From Thermoanaerobaculia bacterium (lineage in GTDB: Bacteria; Acidobacteriota; Thermoanaerobaculia; Gp7-AA8): DNA of 64,000 nt. Shown here in pieces: positions 9,136-19,774 of the stretch. Made by a program: the position numbers and the translations under genes. The notes under the pieces were generated by a model, which saw only the letters and a program-made list of their open reading frames with translations, was not told the DNA's origin and did not search any database. The stretch lies in contig JBBRNB010000017.1 of the NCBI GenBank assembly GCA_038230535.1, positions 2,728-66,727 of the forward strand, read 5' to 3'. Numbering within the stretch: the stretch's first letter is position 1; each line of letters starts with the position of its first letter.

Positions 9136-10422
9136 ATGTCAGCCAACCTGCACAACGTCCACCGCTACGTCCTCCCCTCGGGGCTGACGATCGTGATCGA
9201 AACACTCCCGTATGTCCGCTCCGTGGCACTCGGCTATTACCTGCGCAGCGGGTCCGCCGTCGAGTCGGAGGAGCACAGCGGCGCATCGCACTTTCTCGAG
9301 CACCTGGTCTTCAAAGGCACGGCCACGCGGTCGATGAGCGACATCGCCAAGGTGATCGACATCCTCGGCGGTGACGTCGATGCATTCACCGGCAAGGAGT
9401 ACACCTCCTTCTACTGCCACGTGCTCGACGAGCAGATGCTGACCGGGCTGGGGCTGCTGACCGACATCGTCATCTCGCCACGGTTCACCGACGACGATCT
9501 CGAGGTCGAGCGTGGGGTCATCCTCGAAGAGATCAAGATGGTCGAGGACACGCCTGACGATCTGGTTCACGAGATCTTCGTCACGGCCTTCTGGCCCAAC
9601 CACCCCCTCGGCCGCCCGATTCTCGGCACCGAGGAGACCGTGAACCGGCTCGGGCGAAAGCAGATCCTCGCTCACTATGACGAGACCTTCCATCCGTCGA
9701 ACATGATCTTTTGCGCATCAGGTAACGTGCGCCCCGAAGAGATCCTCCCGTTCCTCGAGAAGACGTTTGCCAACGACACCAAGCCTCCGCTGGCGCGGAC
9801 CTGGCCGGCGCCGATACCGGCACAGCATGTGATCCTGCGCGAGAAGAGGGAGCTCGAGCAGGTTCACCTTTGTCTCGGCTCGCGCGGTTTCCCGCAACAG
9901 GGCAACGAGCGCTATGCGGCGGCGCTGTTCAACACGGTCCTGGGAGGCGGCATGTCGTCGCGACTCTTCCAACGCATCCGCGAGAAGGAAGGACTGGTTT
10001 ACACCGTGATGTCGTACCACAATGGCTACGTCAATGGAGGCTACGAGGCCGTATACGCCGCCTGCGCGCCAAAGAATCTCAAACGCGTGCTGGACATGAC
10101 CCTCGCCGAGATGCGCACGATCAAGAAAGGCGGCGCTACCGCGGAGGAGCTGAGCTCCGCGAAACTACACCTCAAAGGATCGATCCTGCTGTCGCTCGAA
10201 TCGACGGTCAGCCGGATGTCCGGTCTGGCCAGGCAGGAGTACTACTTCGGCCGCCAGTTCTCCGCCGACGAGATCACCGCCGCCATCGACGCCGTCACTT
10301 TGGAAGACATCGCCTACGTCGCCGGCACGATCGTCGACCCGGAATCGCTCTCGCTCACCCTGATCGGAAACCTCGAGTCCCCGGGTATATCGACGGACAT
10401 GCTGCGTCAGGCAGTGATGTAA
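9136..10422 (+). CDS. M16-family zinc peptidase (insulinase/pitrilysin-like)
   Basis: The HxxEH zinc motif (HFLEH) and the general M16 architecture are present. Confidence 0.85.
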   Translation: MSANLHNVHRYVLPSGLTIVIETLPYVRSVALGYYLRSGSAVESEEHSGASHFLEHLVFKGTATRSMSDIAKVIDILGGDVDAFTGKEYTSFYCHVLDEQMLTGLGLLTDIVISPRFTDDDLEVERGVILEEIKMVEDTPDDLVHEIFVTAFWPNHPLGRPILGTEETVNRLGRKQILAHYDETFHPSNMIFCASGNVRPEEILPFLEKTFANDTKPPLARTWPAPIPAQHVILREKRELEQVHLCLGSRGFPQQGNERYAAALFNTVLGGGMSSRLFQRIREKEGLVYTVMSYHNGYVNGGYEAVYAACAPKNLKRVLDMTLAEMRTIKKGGATAEELSSAKLHLKGSILLSLESTVSRMSGLARQEYYFGRQFSADEITAAIDAVTLEDIAYVAGTIVDPESLSLTLIGNLESPGISTDMLRQAVM

Positions 10423-10484
10423 TTCCCGAAGCACCAGAACGAGCTCTTGTGTACTCTTTGTCATCGTAAGGAGGGTCCCTGCCC

Positions 10485-10832
10485 ATGTCTGCTCCCGTCA
10501 TCGTTCCACGGGACAAGTCTCTCGATCAGGTGCTCAACACCGATCAGGTCCACATGCTCATCATCGGCTCGAGCCAGCGCGCCACCGAACTGGCGGCTCT
10601 CGCAGGCGAAGTAAGCGATCGCGACGAGTTCGGCGGATCTACGCCCCGCTGCGCCGTTCAAGTGACCAGCGATGACGCCATTGGCGACGCACTGCGTCAG
10701 GAGGTCGGCGAGACACCCGATCCGACGATCATCACGTTGAAGCGCGATGGCACCGTCGTCCGTGCCGTCGTCGACGACGGCGAAATCGACCGCATCGACC
10801 TGGAAGACATGTTTCTCGAGGCCGGTATATGA
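10485..10832 (+). CDS. Hypothetical small cytoplasmic protein
   Basis: An AAGGAGGG Shine-Dalgarno precedes the start, and the stop overlaps the next gene by ATGA. No motif is recognised. Confidence 0.4.
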   Translation: MSAPVIVPRDKSLDQVLNTDQVHMLIIGSSQRATELAALAGEVSDRDEFGGSTPRCAVQVTSDDAIGDALRQEVGETPDPTIITLKRDGTVVRAVVDDGEIDRIDLEDMFLEAGI

Positions 10833-12661
10833 AGTGGTGGCGGCTGGTTCTGATCGCCGTGCTGGTCGCTACCGGTTCCGCCATCGCGCAGTCGCCACTT
10901 CAGGACATCCAGTTCAAGTGGAGCCAGGGGCAGCAGACCGGCTTCCAGCGAAAGTCGGTTCCCGAGATCGACCGCTATGAAGCGCTCAGCATCACCGTCG
11001 ATAGGCAGAAGTTCCTGACCGATGCCGGCGCGCAACTGAGCGACGGGAACATGACGGCCAGCGACATGGAGACCGAGCTCCAGGTGCTGGCGACCTTCCT
11101 GAAAGAGGTCTCCAACTATCACGCTGCGCTCGTCAAGACCGTTTCGTCGTGGACGAAGCGGAGCATCGCGAACCCTGACGCACCGAAGAGCTTGACCGAG
11201 GCCATGGGCGCCGATCAGCAGCTTGCCGAGGCTCGTGCGGGAATGCGGAGCGGATTGGCGCAACTGAAGAAGCTGAAGACCATCGATCCGCAGACTTACG
11301 CGATCATCGAGCAGACGTTTGGCAGCTCCTCCGCCTACGTCAGCGCCGCAAACGCGATCGAAACTCGTCTCGATCAGCTCTCGGTCACGCTCCAGAAGAA
11401 CGCCGTCGCATCGGGAGCGCTCGGAATCACTGCCACCATCGTTCCGCCCGACGCAGCGGCGAGGGTGCTCCATCTCCCCAACTACGATCAGAACCCGGTG
11501 GCGTCAGCTCCGGCCGTTCCGAACTACGTGCCTGTCATCGACGGCCGCACGCGGCGCGAGATCACTGCGGCCGAGCAGTTTCGGGACGTGGGACAGAGCC
11601 TCAGCCAGGTTTCGACGCAATTCAAACAGAGCATGCAGGAACTGCAGGCCGGCCTCGAGTCGTTGCGCACGTCGCTGAAGACCGACGTGCTGGAGAGCGG
11701 CTTGAACGAGCTCATTCAGCAGGTGCAGACTTCCGCGCGGACCGATCTCGGACCGGTGCTCAAAGACGCTACCGCCGCTCGCGGCCTGGTGCGTAGCCTC
11801 AACTCCGCCACGCTCACGCTCGACGGTGCCACCGACGCGGACAAGCTGCTGAGCCTGGCCACGTCGCTCACGACAACGGCGCAGACGCTGGTCGATGTCA
11901 AGACCGACCTGCCGGCAGATCTCACGAACCTCGCCACCGACACGGAGACGGCTCTGAAGAACGCCGGAGACACCGCGCTCTCGAAGAGTGTGACGATGGT
12001 CAGGCAGGCGGCGTCTGACTTCCTCGCCAGGCAGACCTTTTTCACCGACCTGGCCAGCAGCCTCAGATCCCTCGGACAACTGCTCGAGGCGGATAGCCGG
12101 CTGGCGCTGAGCTCCAACCGGATTGCCGATTCCGCGCGCGCACTCGACGCCAACACCGACTACAGCACCACGCTCGACCTGCGCACCATCGCAGGCGATG
12201 TCCACGTGCGCGACAACATCGTCGTGCAGGCCGGGCTCTACCGGCGCGACTCGACGGGAAAGCTCACACAGTTGTCGACCGACTCGCAGGCGTTCGTGAT
12301 CCAGCGGTACTCGATCTTTCCCGACAGCGTCCGCGGCGGCCTCCTGTTTGTTGAACCGCGAACGAAGATCACGCGCGACATCAGTTACCAGCCGGTCCCC
12401 GCTCTCGGCTACTACTGGCGGAGCGGGATCCAGGGCCATCCGAGGTGGAACGCCGTGTCGCCGTCGTTCGGTATCACGATGGCCATGCTCGACTTCAAGG
12501 ATGGCGAAAGCCTGGAGCTCGGGATCGCCGGCGGCATCTCCATTCTCCGCGATCTCGCCTGGATCGGCTACGGACGCAACCTTCAGGCACGGGCGAACTA
12601 CTTCTACGTTGGCACGAACCCTCTGCTCTTGGTCAAGCTCTTTCAGAACGGATTTCGATGA
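10829..12661 (+). CDS. Hypothetical secreted protein (signal peptide, helical N-part, beta-rich C-part)
   Basis: A signal peptide (MKWWRLVLIAVLVATGSAIAQ) heads a 610-aa protein with no recognised domain. Confidence 0.5.
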   Translation: MKWWRLVLIAVLVATGSAIAQSPLQDIQFKWSQGQQTGFQRKSVPEIDRYEALSITVDRQKFLTDAGAQLSDGNMTASDMETELQVLATFLKEVSNYHAALVKTVSSWTKRSIANPDAPKSLTEAMGADQQLAEARAGMRSGLAQLKKLKTIDPQTYAIIEQTFGSSSAYVSAANAIETRLDQLSVTLQKNAVASGALGITATIVPPDAAARVLHLPNYDQNPVASAPAVPNYVPVIDGRTRREITAAEQFRDVGQSLSQVSTQFKQSMQELQAGLESLRTSLKTDVLESGLNELIQQVQTSARTDLGPVLKDATAARGLVRSLNSATLTLDGATDADKLLSLATSLTTTAQTLVDVKTDLPADLTNLATDTETALKNAGDTALSKSVTMVRQAASDFLARQTFFTDLASSLRSLGQLLEADSRLALSSNRIADSARALDANTDYSTTLDLRTIAGDVHVRDNIVVQAGLYRRDSTGKLTQLSTDSQAFVIQRYSIFPDSVRGGLLFVEPRTKITRDISYQPVPALGYYWRSGIQGHPRWNAVSPSFGITMAMLDFKDGESLELGIAGGISILRDLAWIGYGRNLQARANYFYVGTNPLLLVKLFQNGFR

Positions 12662-12788
12662 GGATTGTGGTGAGGCAGCCGATTCTCACAGTCGCCGGCG
12701 AAGCCAGTCGACTGGCTGAAGGGCAGTCGAGCGCAGAGTTCACGTGCACCAGCCTGGTAGCGCTCCGAGGTAGACTTCCGCCGGTCGA

Positions 12789-14507
12789 ATGATTACGTAC
12801 CTGAAGGTCCGCAACCTCGCCATCGTCGAGGAATTCGCCATCGAGCCTGGACCGGGGCTGAACGTTCTGACCGGCGAGACTGGAGCCGGGAAGTCGCTGC
12901 TCATCGACTCTCTGGAGTTCCTCCGCGGCGCGCGCGGCTCCACCGAGATGATTCGCGGGGGCGCCGGCAAGATGACCGCCGAGGGCGTTTTCCATCTGCC
13001 GGCGGGTGCCCGCGAAGCTCTCGATGAGATCGGCGTCGAGACGGATGGTGCGGACGACGTTGTCGAGTTGATCGTCAAGCGCGAGATCGCAGTCAACGGC
13101 CGGGGCAGAGTTCTCATCAACGGCTCGCCGCTCTCCGTCCGTGAGCTCGGCGTGGCAATGGATGCATTTCTCGAGATTCACGGACAACACGAGTCGCACG
13201 GCCGGGTGGCGGGTCAGGGATACCGCGAGTTGCTCGATGACTACGGCGATCACACCGCCCTCGTGGCCGCAACGCGGAATGCGCACTCCGTGTGGCACGA
13301 AGCGGCCGATCAGTTGCGCGAGCTGACCGACGCCCAGCGCGACCGTACGCTAAGGCTCGACCTCCTTCGCTACCAGATCGACGAGATCTCGGCCGCGGCC
13401 ATCGCTCCGGCGGAAGAGGAATCGCTGCGCAGCGAGCGGAGCATGCTCGCCAACGCGCGGCAGCTCGCCGAAGCGAGCAGCGGCGCCTTCGCACTCGTCG
13501 ACGACGACGAGACATCCGCGCTGGCTCAGCTCTCGCGTGCGCTCCATCTCATCCAGCCGCTGGCGCGCGAGATTGCGGATATCGCCACCATCAGCGCGGA
13601 GCTCGAGGACGCCATCTATCGCCTGCAAGAGACCTCGCGAGGACTCTCCAGGCTCTCGGATTCCGTGCGCCACGACCCAGTGCGCCTGGAGGAGATCGAG
13701 GACCGTCTGGTCACCATCGAGCGGCTCGAGAAGAAATACGGAGGCTCCGTCGAGGCCGTGCTGGCACACTTCGGCGCCATTCAGGACGAGTTCGAGCGGC
13801 TCAGCGACTACGAGACCAGTGTCGACAAGCTGCAGCGGGTCGAAGAGCAGCGTTTCGCCGCCTGGCGCGGCGCAGCCGAGTCGCTTTCGACGGCACGGAA
13901 GAAAGCGGCCAAGAAGTTCGAAACCGCAATTCAGTCGGAGCTCAACGATCTGGCCATGGAGCGCACGACGGTCAAAGTCGTCGTCGAAGCCGCCGAGCCG
14001 GCGCGCGAAAACGCTGCGGCTCACGGCCTCGACCGCATCGAGATCCTCATCGCACCGAACCGCGGCGAAGAGCCGAAAGCGATGCAGCGGATCGCCTCGG
14101 GCGGAGAGCTTTCCCGCATCCAGCTCGCCATCGCCGCAGCGCTGTTCAAGGCATCCCAGCACGCCGCCGCGGCGACTCTGGTCTTCGACGAGATCGACGC
14201 CGGCATCGGCGGCCGGGTAGCCGAGGTCGTCGGCAGGAAACTGCAGGAGCTCGCAGGCGGCAATCAGGTCATCTGCGTCACCCACCTCCCTCAGATCGCC
14301 AGTTTCGGCACCACGCACTTCTTCGTCTGGAAAGAAGACGCCCGCGGGCATACGCGCGCGCGCATACGCCGGCTCGAAACCGACGACGAACGCGTCAACG
14401 AGGTGGCCCGCATGCTCGGCGGCGAGTCGATTCCGGCCTCCGCCGTGCTTCACGCGCGCGAACTGCTCGACGGCGCCCGTGGGCCGGCAGCGAAGGCGAG
14501 GCGATGA
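12789..14507 (+). CDS. recN: DNA repair protein RecN
   Basis: The N-terminal Walker A GETGAGKS, a long coiled-coil middle and a C-terminal ABC signature/Walker B (LVFDEIDAGIGG) are all present. Confidence 0.9.
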   Translation: MITYLKVRNLAIVEEFAIEPGPGLNVLTGETGAGKSLLIDSLEFLRGARGSTEMIRGGAGKMTAEGVFHLPAGAREALDEIGVETDGADDVVELIVKREIAVNGRGRVLINGSPLSVRELGVAMDAFLEIHGQHESHGRVAGQGYRELLDDYGDHTALVAATRNAHSVWHEAADQLRELTDAQRDRTLRLDLLRYQIDEISAAAIAPAEEESLRSERSMLANARQLAEASSGAFALVDDDETSALAQLSRALHLIQPLAREIADIATISAELEDAIYRLQETSRGLSRLSDSVRHDPVRLEEIEDRLVTIERLEKKYGGSVEAVLAHFGAIQDEFERLSDYETSVDKLQRVEEQRFAAWRGAAESLSTARKKAAKKFETAIQSELNDLAMERTTVKVVVEAAEPARENAAAHGLDRIEILIAPNRGEEPKAMQRIASGGELSRIQLAIAAALFKASQHAAAATLVFDEIDAGIGGRVAEVVGRKLQELAGGNQVICVTHLPQIASFGTTHFFVWKEDARGHTRARIRRLETDDERVNEVARMLGGESIPASAVLHARELLDGARGPAAKARR

Positions 14508-15094
14508 AGAGCTGGCGCGTCGAAGGCGACCCGCCCGACGACGTGCTCGATGCGCTGGCGGCCGTTCTCCGAGGGGGAGGCGTGGTCCTGCTGCCCACCG
14601 ATACCATCTACGGACTGCACGCACTCGCCTCGGACGAGGGAGCGATTGCCCGCATCGCGGCGATGAAGGGACGTGGTGACGACAAGCCATTCGTGGTCAT
14701 CGGTTCATCCATCGAGCAGCTTCGTGCCCTCGGCGCCACGATCCCGGAGCTACTGCAGGAAATCTGGCCCGCACCGCTCACGGCAATTCTTGCCTCCGGC
14801 GGCTCCACCATCGCCGCGCGCATCCCCGATCTCGGATGGTTACGCGCCCTTCTCGACCGTACAGGACCGCTCGTCTCCACCAGCGCGAACCGGGCCGGCG
14901 AGCCTCCCGTCACGAGCCCCGGCGCACTCCCCAGCGACCTGAAGATGTGCATCGACGGGGCGCTCGATCAGGGCTCGCGCGAGGGCAAACCTTCGACGAT
15001 CGTGGACTTTACCGGGGATGAGCCGAAGGTCATCCGTGAGGGCGGCGAGGGCTTTTCACAGTTTCTGCGGAAAAGCCTGTGGAAAGCCCTGTGA
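14504..15094 (+). CDS. tsaC: L-threonylcarbamoyladenylate synthase, TsaC/YrdC family
   Basis: YrdC-domain motifs are present (LLPTDTIYGL, STSANRAGEP). The ATG overlaps the recN stop. Confidence 0.85.
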   Translation: MKSWRVEGDPPDDVLDALAAVLRGGGVVLLPTDTIYGLHALASDEGAIARIAAMKGRGDDKPFVVIGSSIEQLRALGATIPELLQEIWPAPLTAILASGGSTIAARIPDLGWLRALLDRTGPLVSTSANRAGEPPVTSPGALPSDLKMCIDGALDQGSREGKPSTIVDFTGDEPKVIREGGEGFSQFLRKSLWKAL

Positions 15095-15457
15095 AAAACG
15101 TCGAAAGACCGCGAGAAATGCGCACTTGGGAGCGCTTTGCACAACTCCGTGGGCGATATGAGCTAACTGTTGTCTGTATTGATGTTAACCGAAAACAGAC
15201 ACATCGCTAGCAGCGCCTTTTGTGCAGTAGCCCAAGTCGTTTTGCAGTTTCCACATCCAGGTTGACAAATCCAACCGGTTTTGCGCCGCCGTAACCGAAT
15301 GGTTGCAAGTCGTGGAGTGCGGTGGATTTGTCGCAGCAGTGGCGCAGCAGCCCCGAAAGATGTATGCTTATACGACATCGACGGCGGTTCGTCTCGGATG
15401 AGATGTATGCCACCTAGCCATTCCTGCCGAGCGGGTCCAAGAGCGAAAGAGGGTCAA

Positions 15458-17563
15458 TTGGTTACCAACCGATTCATCGTTAGCGCCATCGTCCTGAATA
15501 GGCTGGCATTCAGCGCCGCTCTTCTACTCTTTGCCGTCGCCGCGTTCGGCGAGATCACCGGCGAACATCCGGTCTCCACGCCGGTTAACGCGCCCGTCAC
15601 CGCCGCGCTCGAGCCGGCGGTCGCGTCCGACGGCGACGGGTTTCTCGCGGTGTGGTGCGACCAGCGCGACCACGGTGCGATCTACGCGACACGCATCGCT
15701 CGCGGCGGAACGATCCTCGATCCTCGCGGCATCCTCCTGGCAAACACGATCTCACACGTCGCCGTAGCGTGGACAGGCGACCGATACCTCGTCGCCTGGA
15801 ACGGCATTAACGTCATCATGGCTCAGGAAATTGCCGCTGACGGACGCTTCCTGACGCAGGACCGCGTGATCGTGCACGGCGCACAGATCACTAGTGCGCC
15901 GCACCCCATCGCGTCAAACGGCAGAGTCACGGTACTCATGACAAGCTCCGGCTACTCGGTGCTCGATCGTGAGGCGAACGTCATCGAGCAGGGGCGATTC
16001 GGCGAGTCTGCATACATTACTGGATCGGGCCAATTCGTGCTTCCAGCCGCTGGCAGCACGAGACTTCTCGACTCCTCCGGCCACTACGTGACCAGCGTCG
16101 CCAGAACGTGGCGGCAGGTCATTGCCTGTCACGGCAACGGCTGTATCACCGCGTTTCCTTTCGGCACGAAGGCCGGCGTCGCAACCTACGATCCTGCCGG
16201 CCTTGCCGCAGGACCGGCAATGAACCTTCCGATCGCAACGCGCACGCTCGACATCGTGCCCACCACCGATGGGTACCTTCTTGTGACGGACAGCGTCGCG
16301 CAGCGGCTCGACGACAATGGGCATCCAGTCGGTACACCGACTGCGCTGCCGGCCGCAGACAGCTATGTTCAGGCGGCCTCGAACGGCCGCGACGTGGCTG
16401 TGTTGCGGTGGTCGTTTGAGTCGTTCACCGCACTAGTCATCTCGCCTACGGCGGTGACGAAGCCGGAGCCGGTCACTACCAGCGCAAATGCGCAGCGAGA
16501 TGTCGCCATCGCGGCGAGCGGCACGAACTATCTGACCGTCTGGACGGAAAAGGACGGCGCCTATGCCGGACGTTTATCGCTCGACGGGCTGCCTCTCGAC
16601 GGCCGGGGCGTGTTTCTCGGTCAGAGCAGCGCCAAGCCGTCGGTGGTCTTCGATGGCACCTCCTATCTCGTGGTCCTCCAACAACGGTCGATCAGCGATC
16701 CGGAGGAGAGGGTGCTGCGGATCGAGCCCGCGACGGGAGCGGTGATGTCCATCAGCACGATCGATGGCACAGACCTGCGCATCGGCGCCAACGGCTCAAC
16801 CCGCGTGGCCGTCTGGGTCGACACGCTCGGCGCGGTGGAGACCGCATTCCTCACTCCGACCGGCGCTCTGGCCTCCATCCCCGTCTTCCTCGCCGTGCAG
16901 CCATCGGGGCAGCCGTTGACAACATTCGCGAACCTTTCGCTGGCGTGGAACGGCACGATCTGGTTGGCTACGTGGGAGGAGCAGGCTCACTACCAGCCGG
17001 TAGGCGCACCACCTCCTCTGTTCCCCGGCATTCCGCCGGCGATTGCCATTCGCGGCGTGCGTCTCTCGGCCGCACTGACGCCGCTCGACACACATCCGAT
17101 CACCGTCGCCCTGGCCCCGGCTGGGAACATCCGGTCATCGCGTGCCGCCTCCGACGGGCGGGATTTTCTGGTGGCCTGGACGACTGACCGCGTCCGCGTT
17201 CGCCGGGTTCTCTCTTCAGGCGCCTTGGACGAGGAAATGCCGTTCTTCACCGGGTCGGTGCAGGATCTCGTCTGGGACGGCGTTGCATACGACCTCGCCT
17301 TTGCGACCGCAAGGTGGCGGTTCTCGCCGGGCGACATGGACGTTGCGCAACTCCGATCGTCCGGCCAGCCCTTCCAGACGCTCGTGATCAGCCCGAATAG
17401 CGGCGGCGATCGCACCGCGTCGCTCCTCACAACTTCGAACGGACACATTCTTGCCGCATATACGCGCGCAGCCGATGAGCTGCTTTACGCCGGTGTTGCG
17501 CGAGCGTTTGTGGCCGCCCCGCATCCCATCCGTGAACGGCCCGTTTCAAAGGAAAACCCATGA
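15458..17563 (+). CDS. Secreted repeat protein, paralog 1 of a four-gene tandem family (putative beta-propeller-like)
   Basis: A signal-peptide-like N-terminus is followed by FAVAAFGEITGEHPVS. It has repeated [AS]xxG(x)xFLV(V/A)W blades and the C-terminal motif YTR...YAGV.RAFV. The start is uncertain (TTG 15458 or ATG 15398). Confidence 0.6.
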   Translation: MVTNRFIVSAIVLNRLAFSAALLLFAVAAFGEITGEHPVSTPVNAPVTAALEPAVASDGDGFLAVWCDQRDHGAIYATRIARGGTILDPRGILLANTISHVAVAWTGDRYLVAWNGINVIMAQEIAADGRFLTQDRVIVHGAQITSAPHPIASNGRVTVLMTSSGYSVLDREANVIEQGRFGESAYITGSGQFVLPAAGSTRLLDSSGHYVTSVARTWRQVIACHGNGCITAFPFGTKAGVATYDPAGLAAGPAMNLPIATRTLDIVPTTDGYLLVTDSVAQRLDDNGHPVGTPTALPAADSYVQAASNGRDVAVLRWSFESFTALVISPTAVTKPEPVTTSANAQRDVAIAASGTNYLTVWTEKDGAYAGRLSLDGLPLDGRGVFLGQSSAKPSVVFDGTSYLVVLQQRSISDPEERVLRIEPATGAVMSISTIDGTDLRIGANGSTRVAVWVDTLGAVETAFLTPTGALASIPVFLAVQPSGQPLTTFANLSLAWNGTIWLATWEEQAHYQPVGAPPPLFPGIPPAIAIRGVRLSAALTPLDTHPITVALAPAGNIRSSRAASDGRDFLVAWTTDRVRVRRVLSSGALDEEMPFFTGSVQDLVWDGVAYDLAFATARWRFSPGDMDVAQLRSSGQPFQTLVISPNSGGDRTASLLTTSNGHILAAYTRAADELLYAGVARAFVAAPHPIRERPVSKENP

Positions 17564-19641
17564 AACGCCACATCATCACCGCCGTCTCTATTCTCTTTGC
17601 CGTCGCCGCGTTCGGCGAGATCACCGGCGAACATCCGGTCTCCACGCCGGTTTACGCGCCGGCCACGGCCGTGAGTGGACAGATCGCATCCGACGGCGAT
17701 GGATTCTTCGAAGTCTGGGAGGATCAGCGTGATCACGGCGCCGTCTATGCCTCAGCGGTCACTCGGAACGGGACGGTGCTGAATCCGTCCGGCATACTCC
17801 TGTCAAAGAAGCCGTCCGTGTTCGCGGTCGTCTGGACCGGCGAATCGTATCTGGCCGTTTGGAACGATTCGAACAATGTGGTCGCTGAGCAATTCGCCGC
17901 CGACGGGCGGGTGGTCGCACCAACCCGCGCCATCGTAGCCAACGAGCAGGTCACGGAAAAACATGCGCTCTCGACGAACGGCAAGATCACGGTCTTGACG
18001 TGCTGGAACCGGTACTTCGTTCTCGACCGCAACGCCAACGTCATCGACTCCGCCAGCTTCGGCGCTCTTTCTGTCTATGTCACGGGAACGGGTGAATTCG
18101 TGATTACCGGAGGCGGAGTCATGCGAATCGACTCCTCAGGCCGCTTTGCCACGCGGAGCACTCATGCCTGGCCAAACCCCATCGCCTGCCGCGCGAGCGG
18201 GTGCATCACGGTGTTTCAGGACGTGAACACGCACGGGCACATCGCGGTGGGGACGTACGATCCGGCGACGCTGGCCATCGGAACGGTGCTCGAGACTCCA
18301 CTGCAGCTTCCGGCGGCACAGGTGTGGCTCGATCTTCTAGTCACCGAAGACGGTTACGTCCTCGCCACTGGCAACGGCATGGTGCAACGGCTTGGTCCGG
18401 ACGGGCATCCCGTAGGAGCGCCAGTCATGCTGACGGGAGGTAGCGGTCAGGTCACGGCGGCAACGAACGGACGGGATGTGGCCGTCCTTCGCACCGTTGG
18501 CTCGCGCCTCATCAACGACATCGTTACCGCCGGCTCGAGTACGCAATACACCGTCGGCATCAGCGCGAACGCGCAGCACGAAGTCGCGATCGCCAGAAGC
18601 GCCTCGAACTACCTCGCGGTCTGGACTGAACGGGACGGTGTGTACGCCGGACGACTGTCGCTCGACGGCCTTCCCCTCGACGGCCGCGGAACGCTGCTGA
18701 GCACCGACACGCGCAAGCCTTCCGTAGTCTACGACGGCTCGTCGTATCTGATCGTGGCCGGACACGCCCAACTGTCCTCCGCGACGACATCGCAGACGGT
18801 TTTTCAGATCGACCCCGCGACGGGAGCGCTGCTGTCCCAACTCACGATCCCGGGAAGCATGCAAATCGCCACCAACGGCACCACAAGGGTCGGCGTATGG
18901 GTAGATTCGGCCGGCGGGCTCGAAGCAGCATTTCTGGCTCCCAATGGCGCCATCTCATCCTTCCCAGCGTTGGTTGCCCTTCCCCTTCGCTTTGGTGGAG
19001 CGAGCATCGGAAACCCCTCGCTCGCATGGAACGGGGCCATCTGGCTGGTGACGTGGATGGATCAGGTTCTCCAAGGCATCTTGCTTGAGGGGCACCAGCC
19101 AGACCCTGTAGACATCCGCTGCGAACGGCTCTCGGCTGCATTGATCCCGCTCGATGCAGAACCGGTCATGGTCACCGCGCCGTCTGATTGGCTCATCCAG
19201 TCTTCGCGTATCTCGTCCGATGGCCACGATTTTCTGGTGGCCTGGAATGCTCAGCCTTTCCCGGGGCTGCGCGTTCGACGCGTCCTTTCCACGGGAGTCG
19301 CGGAGGGAGCGGCAATATCGCTCTTCAACGGCCTCCTGCAGGACCTGGTGTGGGACGGAGCCGAATACGACCTCGCCTTCAATACCGAGGTTACCTACCT
19401 TGCACCGGTCGACGAGGCGATTGTCCGGCTCCTCCCATCCGGCCGACCGTTGGAAACGCTCGTGATCAGCGCGGCGGCCGGCGACGAACGAAGCGCATCG
19501 CTGGTTCCGATCGGGAACGGCCGCATTCTCGCGGCATACACGCGCGTCGCCTTCGAGCCACTCTACGCCGGCGTGGAGCGTGCGTTCGTAGGCACACCGC
19601 GTCCCGCCCGAGGAAGGGCTACGTTCAAAGGAACGCAATGA
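17560..19641 (+). CDS. Secreted repeat protein, paralog 2
   Basis: It starts ATGAAACGC, overlapping the paralog-1 stop. It has the same N-terminal (60 nt identical to paralog 1) and C-terminal motifs. Confidence 0.7.
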   Translation: MKRHIITAVSILFAVAAFGEITGEHPVSTPVYAPATAVSGQIASDGDGFFEVWEDQRDHGAVYASAVTRNGTVLNPSGILLSKKPSVFAVVWTGESYLAVWNDSNNVVAEQFAADGRVVAPTRAIVANEQVTEKHALSTNGKITVLTCWNRYFVLDRNANVIDSASFGALSVYVTGTGEFVITGGGVMRIDSSGRFATRSTHAWPNPIACRASGCITVFQDVNTHGHIAVGTYDPATLAIGTVLETPLQLPAAQVWLDLLVTEDGYVLATGNGMVQRLGPDGHPVGAPVMLTGGSGQVTAATNGRDVAVLRTVGSRLINDIVTAGSSTQYTVGISANAQHEVAIARSASNYLAVWTERDGVYAGRLSLDGLPLDGRGTLLSTDTRKPSVVYDGSSYLIVAGHAQLSSATTSQTVFQIDPATGALLSQLTIPGSMQIATNGTTRVGVWVDSAGGLEAAFLAPNGAISSFPALVALPLRFGGASIGNPSLAWNGAIWLVTWMDQVLQGILLEGHQPDPVDIRCERLSAALIPLDAEPVMVTAPSDWLIQSSRISSDGHDFLVAWNAQPFPGLRVRRVLSTGVAEGAAISLFNGLLQDLVWDGAEYDLAFNTEVTYLAPVDEAIVRLLPSGRPLETLVISAAAGDERSASLVPIGNGRILAAYTRVAFEPLYAGVERAFVGTPRPARGRATFKGTQ

Positions 19642-19700
19642 AACGCTCGATCCCCACCGCCGTCTCGCTGCTGTTTCTCGCCCGAAAGGGCCGGAGCGGA
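19639..19700 (+). pseudogene. 5' fragment of another paralog (signal-peptide remnant MKRSIPTAVSLLFLA)
   Basis: An ATGAAACGCTCGATCC start, near-identical to the paralog-3 start, sits at the paralog-2 stop. It is followed by a signal-peptide-like stretch and then a truncated, low-complexity tail. Confidence 0.35.
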
Positions 19701-19774
19701 TGGCCCAATGAACGCTCGCTGCGAGGCCCACGCCGTTTGTGCCGCAGGAGTACGATAAAGAAGGAGATTCTCCT

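Noticed and set aside
13292-15094. 600-aa Arg-rich ORF on + strand
   Set aside because: It is a frame artefact of high GC overlapping recN in another frame. Only the last 197 codons (14504-15094, tsaC) show real protein features.
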